DNA of 64,000 nucleotides from IMG/VR virus record IMGVR_UViG_3300035670_000034, positions 32,001-96,000 of that record; one strand, given 5' to 3'. Numbering within the stretch: position 1 is the first letter of the stretch; the number at the start of each line of letters is the position of its first letter. Origin of the DNA: a virus. Below the pieces are notes generated by a model. The model did no database searches. It had not been told where the DNA came from and was given only the letters and a program-made list of their open reading frames with translations. Positions 11,501-20,900 of this stretch are shown here, one piece after another. The position numbers and the translations under genes are program-made.

Positions 11501-11719
11501 CTTTTGGAAAAACTTGGTGATGGAATAAAGAGCGCCAAAAAACCAAAGAAAAAAGACGACGGCATATCCTTGGAGGATTTACCGCCTTTTGCCGTCCTAT
11601 ACGCCTTAATGCCGCTTGCACGTGTTGCCCAAAAGGGTAACAATGAGTCTGGTAAAATTGCTCGTAGGCGCGCGCGCAGAATGCGACGCAATGAAAAAAA
11701 GAACGAAGAACTTGTGTGA
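2600..11719 (+). CDS. Giant polyvalent protein (3039 aa): RCPPG..FTD tag, zincin, degenerate ART-like, KTSC, DUF3626-like, DEDDh exonuclease, second zincin
   Basis: 9.1-kb ORF. HEMVH (4616); HELGH...SVSQYGKTNEKERMAEAF (11159); IDYETTG...NAAFD...HDASNDAEAT (9716-10280); KTSC pattern 'EYDPQTRTLSVSYRNG...NVPY' (6173). Five GLxS(S/R)T linkers. Confidence 0.8.
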   Translation: MPAMQEHRLVVSRTITSGRFSPVIEKSIRERIEDFAEVRQLLSLYPFSADYAVKAAMGGSKRTGGARNPAADNKAKRQKELNFRRLGTYCFDPKATRKPNQYFETKPRFNLDGQMGDVANVGWLDVPKAVEPENLVKRANEFYASQAGKPKIIARAAKINKRTGQLEAKALGQPIGRVAGNIGQAAARAIGIVLDPSGRMRCPPGVPAANQFTDEIGSNCFDFTPAIGRAVMNIVRRATQSIIDDVNKIDGALPIVRNEDGSISEVSAETASLIRGGLRSSTGTIRGPRGELLGPDGMPIRRPEPPALPDVTPEFDRDVADIASRSRAIPPEEYEEVFEGMIRRAYPELSLSEVKRLAKQAVRRQRMKDKQRADVKEVLDFASSLGIEIDPTDPNSVQDGLAKVLNALKQPENGAWDINLKSYFGNRFGSGDMSVAMLEHRARQLESIINYAITNPAAFGMDSEEFKSLIVSRFGGSPQRLHDGMLEVLTGIKSIEEVFGSEPRARSLFASIVKKHNQMRMQEAGLLIGLINQRRRNPELTKDMHTLSILDPFDRRGEMSDAITYVDPRKNGYGMHLNPLATVMQSDEFMGGPTPDYILFEPDGAAGTEVAKLAAITSSLDAHGAARAKQAYLSELQNIDVYQESVGRGDGWQQFDLLQNLGQAGSGMYIMAHEMVHGRQLMLIQKYLKSIPGLTDSMTNEDIIQLSQDLLAGDRKFPSVFGHDWDYSSIISNKDWLPSAVENMPEIIQILLRKNAGGKYAMNQYWHAAFTDPFLSAKSTDELYLHLNNLRQKMETMDPNSTQFEQALLVFNEMAQIYNSGDMGKMQAAFASHKQKSALVFAEMQAELMAGIESGLIEMTPEIEAFLGPLAPGRDIPSDFGIVNPDAKPVVAVTRESIKEGIKNTISIRKNIERGKRKLRERMAMNDLPDSIPGLGSDTTGDSRRIFDALSGVASRTDMSKRGFLVREAVLDAATEQQKQILSGNWRDASWNTSDPVDWGRALRSRPEDVVNAVENQLIPFMDLIDSSEVPTDTVAEVQLPLGSLGFPGDEGGSMLSVNKHFTAVMHSAEDADFGGSENAERILLLVPEGSTGLPDYTPGTQRGEVGSLIMPPGDIEILGRADDGAVIGKVSSQKPTSQQLNELRQVLHSLGSNESMPLGKRIVAKRAENRIERRQEASRIGRAQAAVAMEMDPRNSRLARQIEYDPQTRTLSVSYRNGHKREFQNVPYGKVRDAGASSSPDKLIRELEDIPQEYNPSAPLPRNFGLASSTVSQINESARKQNARQRTVDILARAGDIGVDIDRQEREIVPRIKEQISDNLKYAREQVRLLDIDQDTATLIRQSAANGMSDSEILRNVVGGRFEDNFASRLSILRAVAEGKGDTELVSQIDDFVKDISDMSDDEFKKAYEEALETFTSPFDDRPVVLVRDPLAIVGRGRYLTTHEGTRTMGGTNTFDDDTVRNARMATESMLFGFNGDTDVDTQALRPSSGLTMSKHHSEDRAERLRAIYGDGVEIQHNYPTASTAGQNVATTGSGKNASSTGRAYGDVSIILRPETSDRTLSVSGDSISGVSTSGSDVLEPSGKLSNIAKDGKLASTFFNPAAVIFDARTNRKNTIASAAQSNRKTYIESLTLGSFENQDIQAIVGGAQQLRGDKIWRADESTMSMSGVNPSASFTSMIGAARTRDDMLEKYGIDVVPQSRFFDLDEVEPFNASMTEKWVEEKIKKGDFSNVSASDLIPNEKTTPYEALLRYQKRRAENDGEFPVFDHPDNASGFDDASKAKNRANFISMVDEELKRVGGGGSDSTTRRSAGLASSTENYGSETIKRNIERADERVIEADRRVSALEKALDHLEKTGEWRGEDFGVSASMDPNYMGDVDLFDSTGIRNLSKAEVEELNIGLDGLKTKVRKKIQLAKKERVFQEHLAKSKKKRHSQNVLDVEDIPDEELDVLIKEALDMADMEPSAKRQEFVDGDGRTAVVHVGSPELDGDALDPSKTSGVDTRTSSSGNTGQLNQMAIASFRNQHERIKGEVSAINGVVNAVKTNRGKYKPRNSTEANYLNSVFSIPRDTKTRSYTRFTEGYEFDLLKDGPKFFMGVSKDDEPDRYLSAIAERLPERLQDLTKRLEKSQRVIDKIDTSPEFGFLSSYPASLPFTDRGYFGRNAGKAIPKDVGEWRTEYERTRDGGDKGHVVLDDEMWSRWNNHLRGTGWLVPDDGDNITTDLGPGDGEHQILGKTKPIFGFSAPVSDNAVRERLRGRSPSARSAVSLIGDALMARAMRLKREGREITPASVLSARRGKPLPDVQPPRSIASGAGNVVSGLASSTTDGPTKPQYPRKPTYGPLLGKANEIFDGVKTWEEFKKRYEDTEITFIDYETTGLKFDEWNFSNGNGNVVQIGGVKVKNGKVVDRFSTFVNPGMKRDEWEDWSKKTLKDGAGNLLSDDFLADKPSVADAHKQFAKWAGPNAIMGVQNAAFDKDVLDDALRENGIDWSPDGWIDLKDVAAMTLPRWSEENPDGPFRFDKKKKKNVPSNSLADITKYLDVKLDESDHHDASNDAEATAKSLQTLIDRAIEKRWSPDVFDKTKRDNYVRASEEKFKNDIEIFETEKTNWINQSNGLASRTTDQKITQGPQFEAGGRDDKGMPRMIDPSEANVRFGGSKRAAKKYFKDKYGINVKMRTGPKSFSDIDGPTAGVLQAIDDALSQIPNLKKLIGKDNLEISTQAQYSSTFDFDVGTRGAIVRRQKWGGWAKFIPGIQGQKYNIILNGEALQSAELKYIYGKGSRVRREKFTTGSTELTDTWSMANLFAQFGIPDRTDFDDVANDPDFKYGELSGKAAKEKLEDEVRQRLAYAITIHELGHFFDSQARDRRDIESRGGFSETYGGGKGFHEEMFFSSSSAAMSGEDVSRGVDWRTAPSVSQYGKTNEKERMAEAFMAWFLFSGSESVDVAIEGNDKITQFREAMATIVRPLLEKLGDGIKSAKKPKKKDDGISLEDLPPFAVLYALMPLARVAQKGNNESGKIARRRARRMRRNEKKNEELV

Positions 11720-12177
11720 CCATGAAATCAATACTTGTCGGGAAAAAAGGAAACAACAGGGTTTATTTTGTGGTCGACTCGAATAGCCAGGAATCAGATG
11801 GAATTGTTAAAAATATTGTTGGAGACACAGAAGTTGTTAATTTTTGGCAATATGTTGACGACAATCCATCTATGCACAAAATTAAGGGAACGGTCTTCCA
11901 CGACTACCTTTGGGACGGACATCAATCCAAAACGGGAGTTCACTGGTATTCTGTTTTTGTAAGCAAATCTTTGCCGATAAGTGATAATTTGCTGGATGGC
12001 GCCATAGTCAACAAAGATATTTTGCGCCGTATACCAAAGTCACTTGATTACGAAAATAGGGCAATGGATTTCAAACTGGCCAAAAACACTGGGAATTGGT
12101 CGCAGAAAATGATTTCGCATTGGATAGATAACCCAAATAGGCAATTTAAAACCAAAAAACGAAAGAAAAAGAAGTGA
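11716..12177 (+). CDS. Hypothetical protein
   Basis: 153-aa ORF with 4-bp overlaps to both neighbours (GTGA coupling). Confidence 0.7.
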   Translation: MTMKSILVGKKGNNRVYFVVDSNSQESDGIVKNIVGDTEVVNFWQYVDDNPSMHKIKGTVFHDYLWDGHQSKTGVHWYSVFVSKSLPISDNLLDGAIVNKDILRRIPKSLDYENRAMDFKLAKNTGNWSQKMISHWIDNPNRQFKTKKRKKKK

Positions 12178-12833
12178 ACGAGTTTGATTTCAAAGCGCCG
12201 CAGGATGTTATTTTTGACCTCCCGCAAGAAAGAATCACTGGTGACATTCTTCGTGGGTATGGTCCGCGTCGAGGAAATCTAGAAAGACTTTTAAGATACT
12301 GGCGCCCGATAATGCGAAAGCCGGGTGGATTCAGAAGGTGTCGTGTTATCTTGGCCAACCACCCAGAACTCTACCCGCTTAATAATATTTGCGCATGGCT
12401 ACACCATGAAACAACTGGCCTATGGCCAAATGAGGGATGCCACCATCCGGGTATGAAGAATTGCAAGGGAAAACTCAAGAAAAGAAATTGGACCAATTCT
12501 GAATTCGGTGAGCGACTTAGCCGTGCAATTAGGGCCCCCAAGAAACTCGCAAGAAGTGTTGGTTCCGCAAAGCCACTCGGAAAAACAGCAGAGCAATTAG
12601 AAAATAAAGATGAATTTTTTTCAGAGGATATATGGCGGGAAAAATCAGAAGAGGTAAATCTTTTGACCGCTGGCGACATGGAGTACGCTGATAAGGTCCT
12701 CATGGAATTCATGGATGCAGAATCAGAATTCGTAAAATACCTGCGTAATGATGACAATTGGGAGATAGAGGGCGAGGATGCTGCCGGAATGCCAGTAAAA
12801 GCACAATACATCGGAATGAAGTGTTGCGGATAA
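12174..12833 (+). CDS. Hypothetical head-region protein with 'LLRYW...GGFRRC...CAWLHHETTGLWP' Cys/His motif
   Basis: 219-aa coupled ORF. The motif resembles small metal-binding modules in actinophage head proteins. Confidence 0.65.
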   Translation: MNEFDFKAPQDVIFDLPQERITGDILRGYGPRRGNLERLLRYWRPIMRKPGGFRRCRVILANHPELYPLNNICAWLHHETTGLWPNEGCHHPGMKNCKGKLKKRNWTNSEFGERLSRAIRAPKKLARSVGSAKPLGKTAEQLENKDEFFSEDIWREKSEEVNLLTAGDMEYADKVLMEFMDAESEFVKYLRNDDNWEIEGEDAAGMPVKAQYIGMKCCG

Positions 12834-12834
12834 T

Positions 12835-14901
12835 ATGCAAAACAAACTCGTAGTTTCTGAAATTAAGTCAATTGTCACTAAGAGTTTGTGCTGCCCTGAC
12901 ACAGAAATAAAAAAGACTCGAGTTGTGTTTGCTTCTAATGGAAATGCACCAACAAAAATAATGAAGCATTTTGCCGCAACCAGGCAGGAACTAATTTCCT
13001 ATAAGGCCCTCATCAAACGCTCTGGACGTGGCAGGGACATGGAGTTCAAGAGAATCGGCACAGTCGCTTCAAATAGTCGATTGCTGCAAGGTGCGCAGGC
13101 AGTCGGTTCCGCGATAACGCCCGGAAACCTAAGCGTAGTCAGAAGTCCAATTAGGTCTGCGCTCACAAGAGCGATAACGCCAGGAATCCCTGGAATTCCA
13201 GGGCGTGGTCGTGGTGGTGATGGTTACTCTAGGTGTCCAGAGGGATATCAATACGGCGGAAGATTTACCGATAATAGATTTTCTACGTGTGGTCAAAAAT
13301 TATTTGCATTGCCAGGACCATTGGGTGCCGCAATAGGCCTAATAAGAAGGATTATTAGACAGGAAACTCCAAGCGCAACAACAACGGGAACTGTTCTTGG
13401 CGCTGGCAATTACCCAGAAGGCAACGTTTCTAGTAGGGCACCGCAAATTCCAAGAGTTTCACTTTCTAACCCAGCAAGAGCACGCGCAGAAATTCAAAAA
13501 CTCGTAAAACCACTTGGCGCAGTTGACCAAGCGACATCGAGAATGGTGAGAAGAGACGGGTTTGTTCTTGAGCCTGTCGTTCCGCCGTCTGTTTTGCGAA
13601 CAATCCCAGACAACAGGGATATGGAAGGCGCCACATACATGATGAGCGTCTCTAGTCCTGACCTGATTGGCAAAGATGAACTTGGCCTATTGTCAAATAC
13701 TGGTGTTCAAAGTCTTAAGTACATTCTCCCTGGCGGTAGTGAATTGACTCTTGAGAAGCGTCGCCCGCTTACGGTTGGTGAAAGAAGAAAACTTGGACGA
13801 ACCGTTAACTCTGCAATTGAATCCAGCAACTCAAAGGACCCGGCGTCACGCTTAAAGATGGTCGCCATGGAAACTGGCGATGGAATTGGTTATTCGGAAA
13901 AATTTGTTGGAATAAAGAACCCGAATGAAATAGGCAAAGATGGACGTCAACGTTGGGCCAGCATGGCTTTTGCGAAGAGAAATATTAAACCGAGAAATAC
14001 CGAAGAAGTTGACGTTCCGGCAGCGGAGGAGGCGGCACCAACTCCACAAGCGGCACAAGAAATCGGCGGGAAAATCACCACTGTCGCCGATGCAGTTGCC
14101 CATATTGCTCGTGGAGGTTCGTTGTCTCAAATATCGCCAGAGATATTGCAGCAAGCACTCGCAAAAGCGAACGGAATCAAGAGGGACAGAATTTCTGACT
14201 CTCGCTTCATGATGACATTGCCCAATGGGGATAAGTACATAGAGAATGTGAAGCCCTCCAAGTACGAAGCCTTGGGGCAAAGATTTGCCTCAGAAGTTCA
14301 GCAACATCTTGGCCTTGAGTCACCGGCAATATCTTTCATTGGAATTGGCGATTCACGAAGGTATTTGGTTGAAAGTCCAGAAATTGCACTAAAAGGCGGA
14401 AAAGTAAACGACGATGCAACATTTAGAAGTTCACCCTGGCAAGAAGTTTCGAGACTTATGATTGCAGACGTTTTAACCGATGTACAGAACAGAAATCCTG
14501 GTTCTGTTGAGATAGTCGACTCAAATAATCGACAAAAAATTGTTCCGATGGTTAATGATGGCGCGGGTTTGGTTGAGTTGTCAAAAATATCAATCCGCGA
14601 AAGAACAGAGCAATCTTTAACTGATTTGTTTTCGCCAACACAAAGCCAGTTGTACGCCCAGTACTTTAGGGAACTGAGGGAAAGCCAGCGCGCCCAGCAA
14701 CTTAAATTTATTGCTACACTTATTCAACGCGCCAGAGAGTTTAACTTTTCTAACTTTAAGTCAAAACTTTACAACGACGGAAAACTTACCGATGGCGAAA
14801 AGATACACCTAAATATTCTGCAAAAACTTTACGAGCAGAGATTGAATCAATTGGTAACCCAAAATGAAGTATTCAACGAGATAGTTTCTGGTAAGAAATG
14901 A
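12835..14901 (+). CDS. 688-aa virion-cargo-like protein: RCPEG..GGRFTD tag and C-terminal PI3/4-kinase/HipA-like pseudokinase
   Basis: RCPEGYQYGGRFTD at 13231 parallels RCPPGVPAANQFTD in the 3039-aa ORF. The C-terminal 'IADVLTDVQNRNPGSV...NDGAGL' aligns with the kinase catalytic loop, but NRN replaces DRH. Confidence 0.6.
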   Translation: MQNKLVVSEIKSIVTKSLCCPDTEIKKTRVVFASNGNAPTKIMKHFAATRQELISYKALIKRSGRGRDMEFKRIGTVASNSRLLQGAQAVGSAITPGNLSVVRSPIRSALTRAITPGIPGIPGRGRGGDGYSRCPEGYQYGGRFTDNRFSTCGQKLFALPGPLGAAIGLIRRIIRQETPSATTTGTVLGAGNYPEGNVSSRAPQIPRVSLSNPARARAEIQKLVKPLGAVDQATSRMVRRDGFVLEPVVPPSVLRTIPDNRDMEGATYMMSVSSPDLIGKDELGLLSNTGVQSLKYILPGGSELTLEKRRPLTVGERRKLGRTVNSAIESSNSKDPASRLKMVAMETGDGIGYSEKFVGIKNPNEIGKDGRQRWASMAFAKRNIKPRNTEEVDVPAAEEAAPTPQAAQEIGGKITTVADAVAHIARGGSLSQISPEILQQALAKANGIKRDRISDSRFMMTLPNGDKYIENVKPSKYEALGQRFASEVQQHLGLESPAISFIGIGDSRRYLVESPEIALKGGKVNDDATFRSSPWQEVSRLMIADVLTDVQNRNPGSVEIVDSNNRQKIVPMVNDGAGLVELSKISIRERTEQSLTDLFSPTQSQLYAQYFRELRESQRAQQLKFIATLIQRAREFNFSNFKSKLYNDGKLTDGEKIHLNILQKLYEQRLNQLVTQNEVFNEIVSGKK

Positions 14902-17900
14902 AAAAGTACGCATTACTCAAAAACATTTCAAAAGGAATTAACTTTGGAATTGTTGTCAAGTCAGAAAACGGATACTCCTTTTACGGATGGAGCGACAAGG
15001 GCATTGAATGGTCAAAATGGGCCAATGAGAATAACGGCGGGCTAAAAGACCTTCCAGTGGGAATTTCTGTCAGCGAATTTAAGTCTCTCTCCGAAGAGAT
15101 GATGAATAAAATTGTCATCAATACAAAAGACGCTGTTGCTGCTGGGTCCGGATTGCTCAAATCGGAATCAAGCATGGTGCTGGTGGAATCAGAAAAGTTT
15201 CCAAATGCTTCCAAATTCCCTTCCGTAACAAACAGCCGTATTTTGATTGGGTCAACCAACAAGAAAACTTCTGTTGCCTATAAGGCAAAACATTTTAAGC
15301 ACTCTATTGCGCGAAGCGAGATTGCTTTTAAGGTAAGAAATAATGAACTTGCATTCAACCCCAAAACAAAACAATTTAACGCAAAACCAAACAGGGCTTC
15401 GCAATTTGCAGAGAGAAACAATATCCAGTCAAAGATGTCGCGTGGAGCAGAAAGAAAGTTTGGCGAAAGAGTTGTCAAATCTATTAATGACCAAGTATTT
15501 GAAACCGAAAAGGTCAAACTTACCAAGCGCGACAGCGTTGGCGTAAACACAAAAGAGGTAGTTGAGTTCTTTGCAAAGGGAAGACTTGGCTATACAATTG
15601 GTCGCGCCGGCAGCGCTGCTGTTCGCGGAATTACCCCAAACAGACGCACTCGCGGTGCCGCTTCGCGGGTAATTGCTGGAGTTCTTGACCCAAGAAAGAG
15701 AAGAGACGTCGACGGCGATGGAATGATTTTTGACGGCACCTGGCGAGAAATGCCAGACCCAACCAGATTTGTGAATAAGCCCGAAAACTTCAGTGGGGGA
15801 TTGGCTCGCCGCAACAGGGAGGGGGCTGGGAGGGTTGTTCCGCTTCCGAGTCGAAGTAACGACGATAGGGGCGGGTATGCGCTATTGAGCAGCACTCAAG
15901 GTGAGCGACAGCGCCCGAGAAATATTACCCAAACTGCAGCGGCTGGAGGTGGAGACGGTCCAAACCCGCCACGTGTCGCAACTGCACGACTGATGAGAAT
16001 GGACCCGAAGAATTCTCGCCTTGCAAGAGAAATGACATATGACCCACAAAATGGGGATTTTACCGTCAGGTACAGAGATGGTCGTGTCGAAAAATTTACT
16101 GATGTTCCATACGAAAGAGTCAGAAAGGCTGGTTTTGATGACAAGCCAGACCCGTTAATCACCGCGCTAGAAAACGAGCAGAACAAGAAGCCAAGTCGCC
16201 CGATGGGATTAATGTCATCGACTGACAAAACACCTTCATCGAAGAAACCAAAAGTTGTTAACAGAACTTCATTTGTTGAACCGAATAAGGGAAGTAAATC
16301 TTCCACAAAAATGACGATGGAACGAGCCGCCGACATTCTCGGTGATATGACCAAAAATTCTGAAGACCGTGGTTATGGTGCATGGGATGAGGCAATAAGC
16401 AAAGTCTTTGGCACAGACAGAACGGATATGACCGGATTCCCGAGGCTCATATCAAATATTGGCGCTCGAATTGACCAGGCCATAAATTCTCCGTCAATGT
16501 CCGATGAAAAAAATAAATCAAAACTGAAGACGTGGACAAAAATTGTAAACGACGTTGCCGATTCACTCTCTCCAAACGAGGGCAGATTCAATGCAGATGC
16601 CATAAGCGAATTAGCAAAGTTCATTGATGATGTTTGGCTAAACAGAGACGCCGACGCAAGCGCCGTTATCAGGGCGTTTGACCCAGATGACAAAAATTCC
16701 AATTTTGCAACCGCGATTGAAGCGGTTATGGCGTATTCGCTGGGCAAATTGAAGGACGCAAAATCTCGTGGCCTATACATGGACGGCAGAGGGAGAAAAT
16801 CAAGAACCGGAAGCGTTATAGACGAAATTCTTGATTCTGCTGGTGGGGCGAACGAGCCAGAACTTGCACGAGGCCTCAACAAGGTACGACGGGGAATGAC
16901 GCTAAATTCAGAAGAGCGTTCCGGCCTTCTCGAATCATTGGACAATATTAAGAAAAATAATGAAGATTTTGATGGCGATTCACGTCTTGATGACCTTATC
17001 GACGAAGTTAACTCCCTCGGCGATGGAGGCGACATCATAGATGATTTGCTTACTGCTGCAGATGGTGCCAACGAGCGAGAACTGGAAAAGAATCTTAAGA
17101 AAGTTAGAGATAACAGAAAACTAACCCCGCAAGAACGAGCAAACTTGCTCGAAGATTTAAGAAACACCCAGAAGAATAATGATGATTTCAGCGGCGACAA
17201 GAGACTCGAAAAACTAATTAACGATGTTAAAAAGGGTGATGACCGTGGCGGCCTCGCGTCTCGGACTTCTGGGCCGGATGATGACGACTCGCGAGAAGAC
17301 GCATACATTGAATCAAGAAGAGAAAAAGAACGTGAACAATTGCAGGGTGTCGCAGATGATATGGCAGAAGATGCGTACATTGAGCAACAGAGAGAGTCTC
17401 GTGGTCTGTCATCATCCACTTCTTCCCTAAAGCCAAAGCCATCAAATCCACAAAGAAACAGCGATGGGAGTTTTGTTAACGTCTTCGATGATTTTGAAAC
17501 GGATGACCTTTTTGGCCGTCTAGGTCACCACAACAAGATAATTAAGCAATTACAAAAGTGGCTGGATGGTGACGGGCCTTTCCCAAAGTCGCTGAACGAT
17601 TGGTACCGCGACCGTGACCGCGCTGAAAAATTTCTTCGCGAATCTAGACAAGAACGCCTTAAGGTAATCAAAGCCTTAAAGGACAGGGGTTACGAAAGTC
17701 CAAATGAGGCAAGGAAAGAATACAATCGTTCCAAGAAAAAGCCAAAAAGTGATTCCCAAAAGCCGCTTACCTATTTGCCATTAGATGCTTTGCCAGATGT
17801 TTTGAGACGGCTCAAGGACAATTTGGATAAAGAAGACAAACCCTCTTACAGGCCACAAAGAGAAGACAAACCCTCTTATAAGCCACTAATTAACTCAGAC

Positions 17901-20900
17901 CTACTCAGTTCTTGGGATGATTTTGCTGAGCAAAGGCCTGCGATGGTCTACAGAGGGAGCGGGCAAAAGCGCCCATCACGTGGACTTGCATCTTCCACCG
18001 ACACAAATAAGCGTGGCTCGATAGTCAATGAACTAATCGATTCAGCGCGCGGCGCAAATGAACCAGATTTTGAAGCCAATCTAAAGAAATTCCGCTCTGG
18101 CGCTGACTTAACCGATGATGAGCGTTCAAGTTTGTTGGAGTCACTCAACGATGTTAAAAATAATAATGCCGACTTTAGCGATGATGCGCGTCTTGACGAT
18201 TTGATTGAGCAGGTTGGCGGAAAGAGCGATACCGAAGACGCCATAAACGCAATCAATAAAATTAGGCGTGGACAAATGCCAACACCAGAAGAAAGAAAGA
18301 GGGCTCTTGCATCTCTTAAATTGATGCGTTCGCCGGATAAGAATCTTAGCGAGGATGAGCGCGACACCATCATGGCGTTGGAAAAGCAAATTTCAGGTCT
18401 CAAGTCGAGCACCGAAGATGATGGTGCAGATATCGACGATGCAATTAAAGCAATCGAAAAAGTCAATCGCGGTGAAAGACTTACCCCTGACGAAAAACAA
18501 AAGGCTCTTAATGCCCTAAAACTTGCCAGGACGCCAGACAGGGGGCTCAGTGAAGACGAGAGAATAGGCGTAATGGATATGGAGAAGCGGATTTCACAAT
18601 CCGCTTTGGCATCCAGAACAACAGGCCGCTCAACAAGAAGGCCAGTTGAACAACCGCTGTCAACAAGAATGGCTATGGTCACAACAGAAAGAGCGAGCAG
18701 GCCAAGGGGACTTGCATCAACAACTGGCACTGACGCTCGCACTGAAGCACCAAAGAAAGATGCCAAACCAAAGAGGCGCAGTCGTCTCATTATTGATATG
18801 GTCGACAATTTTGGAAAAACCAAAAAAGATGGTGACGGAGAACTTTGGGAGTCGATGTCCGACGAACAAAAGTCTCAAGCAAAAGAAGCGATTGCAGCAC
18901 AAAGGAAAGTCATCGAGGACAGACTCAAGACAAAATCATTTAAGGGTTGGTGGCAAAAAGCCGAGCAAGGAAGCGACAAAGAGACACTGCGCGCAGTAAA
19001 GAAGCGTGCCAAGGGTCAAGCCGGCGGCACATACGAGGGAAGACCCAAGGACGACCCACTAAACAAAAATGACGTTCAAGACCTTCTTGTGGTTCTTGAT
19101 GATGCCGTTGCTAAAGGTCGAATTAAGAAATACAAACTCAATGATGACGGAACAGTCAAAACTGATAAAGATGGAAGGCCGATAATGACGGAGGCCTATT
19201 CGCGTGCAGCGAGAGACCTTGACGACCTTCTCACAATTCTGAACATGGAAGAAGAGGGTGATTTTTCGGCGCTTGAACATTTCCATACCGGAACAAGGGC
19301 CGCAATTCACAAAAAAGTTGGAACCACCGCAACCGGAAAATTCAAAATGGGCGATTCCTCAATCGCTGGCCAGGCGGGCGGCCTATCAAAGGCGCAAAGC
19401 GTCGAGGAACTCAGCGATGTCGACCTTGGCAAAGCCAAAAAACTCTCCATTGGCCGCAGACTGCTGCGCGTCAATGAAAGGCGTGCCGCACGAGCACGAC
19501 AGCGAGCACTGAGAAGACAGGGTGCTTTCAGAAAGGGAAGAATCCTTACATCGGGAGACCCCGAACTTGAACTAAAGAGAGCACGCCTGCGTGCTCGCGC
19601 CCTGAAGAGAACAATGGTTTCGAAATTCAGAAAGTCAAGAGATGCCGACGGACTCTCAAGGGACATGAGCAAGGCAAAGGCTGAGGTTGGAGCGGTAACA
19701 ATTGATAACGATGGCAAAGTCACAATAACACCACGCTATGTATCGATGCTTTCCAAACTTGGCGGAGAGTACAACAGAGCAAAGAATGTTGGCGATGACG
19801 ACGCAAAGAGAAAAGTGTTTGACCAATTGCTTGCAGACCTGTGGGTGAACAGTGGAATGTCTGGAGAACCAACACTAATCACCGAAGATGAAGCGCGAAA
19901 ACTGGTTGCCGCTGGCTGGCAGCCAGTGATTCGTGGAACTGGTAGTGAAGAGGTAAACAGCGAGTCTTATGTTGAACAGTTTTTGACGAACAAGGAAGAA
20001 CTGCGATTCATTCCGGGCCAAGGCATGAGGGCATACGGCGTTGGCGAATATTTTGCATTCCCGGGAAGCAACTGGAGCGGATATAGAGGAACCGGGGACC
20101 AAAGACACACCATTCTTGCCCTCATTCCACCAAGTGCCGACATTGTCAGTGTTGGCGAACTTACCCGCGAACGAGACAAGATGCGCGATTTGACTTCCCG
20201 TGCGGTTGATGCGACCAAAGCACTCGGTGGGCGTGATGCCGCTGCTGCACTCTCACCTGGAGAACTGGCTGAGGCTTACAGAAAGGCGTTGCCAAATCTT
20301 GATGCAGAAACATCGAGAAGTGGTCAGATTGTGAGCCAACTCGTGCAAAGACTTGAAGAACTTGACAAGATGCCAGCATCTGATGAGGCAACAAAAGAGA
20401 AGAAAGAAATTTTGGGAGCATTTGACTACCTGCAAAGTTTCACAAGACAAAAGGATGTCGGCTACTTTGCGCCACTTATCGGTGTTGACGGAATTGACAC
20501 GAACGATAACACTGGAACAGGTTCGCCATTCTTGTTGCACAACAGAGCAAATGTTGCCGCTGTGCTCAGGCCGCTAACCAGCGACGAGGCAGAGGGCCTC
20601 GCAAAACAGGAGAATGGTGGCTCCGTTGGAAACATTTGGAGAAACTGGAAGACAAGACCAGATAGAAGCCGCGAGGGTGCAGCAATTGAGGACCGAAGAA
20701 GAGTTCTTGTTGGCGGCAAGAGAAGACGCCTGTCGACAAGACGTCCTGGCTCAGATGGCGGTGACTCTGGCTCATCGGCACCCGATTCCCCAGCACCAAC
20801 ACCACAAAACGTAACGCCAGTTTCAAAGAGCGCAGTAAACACTGACTCATGGAAGCAAGGAAGACCCCAGTCAGTTGGCTCAAATCCAGCAACTCTTCTT

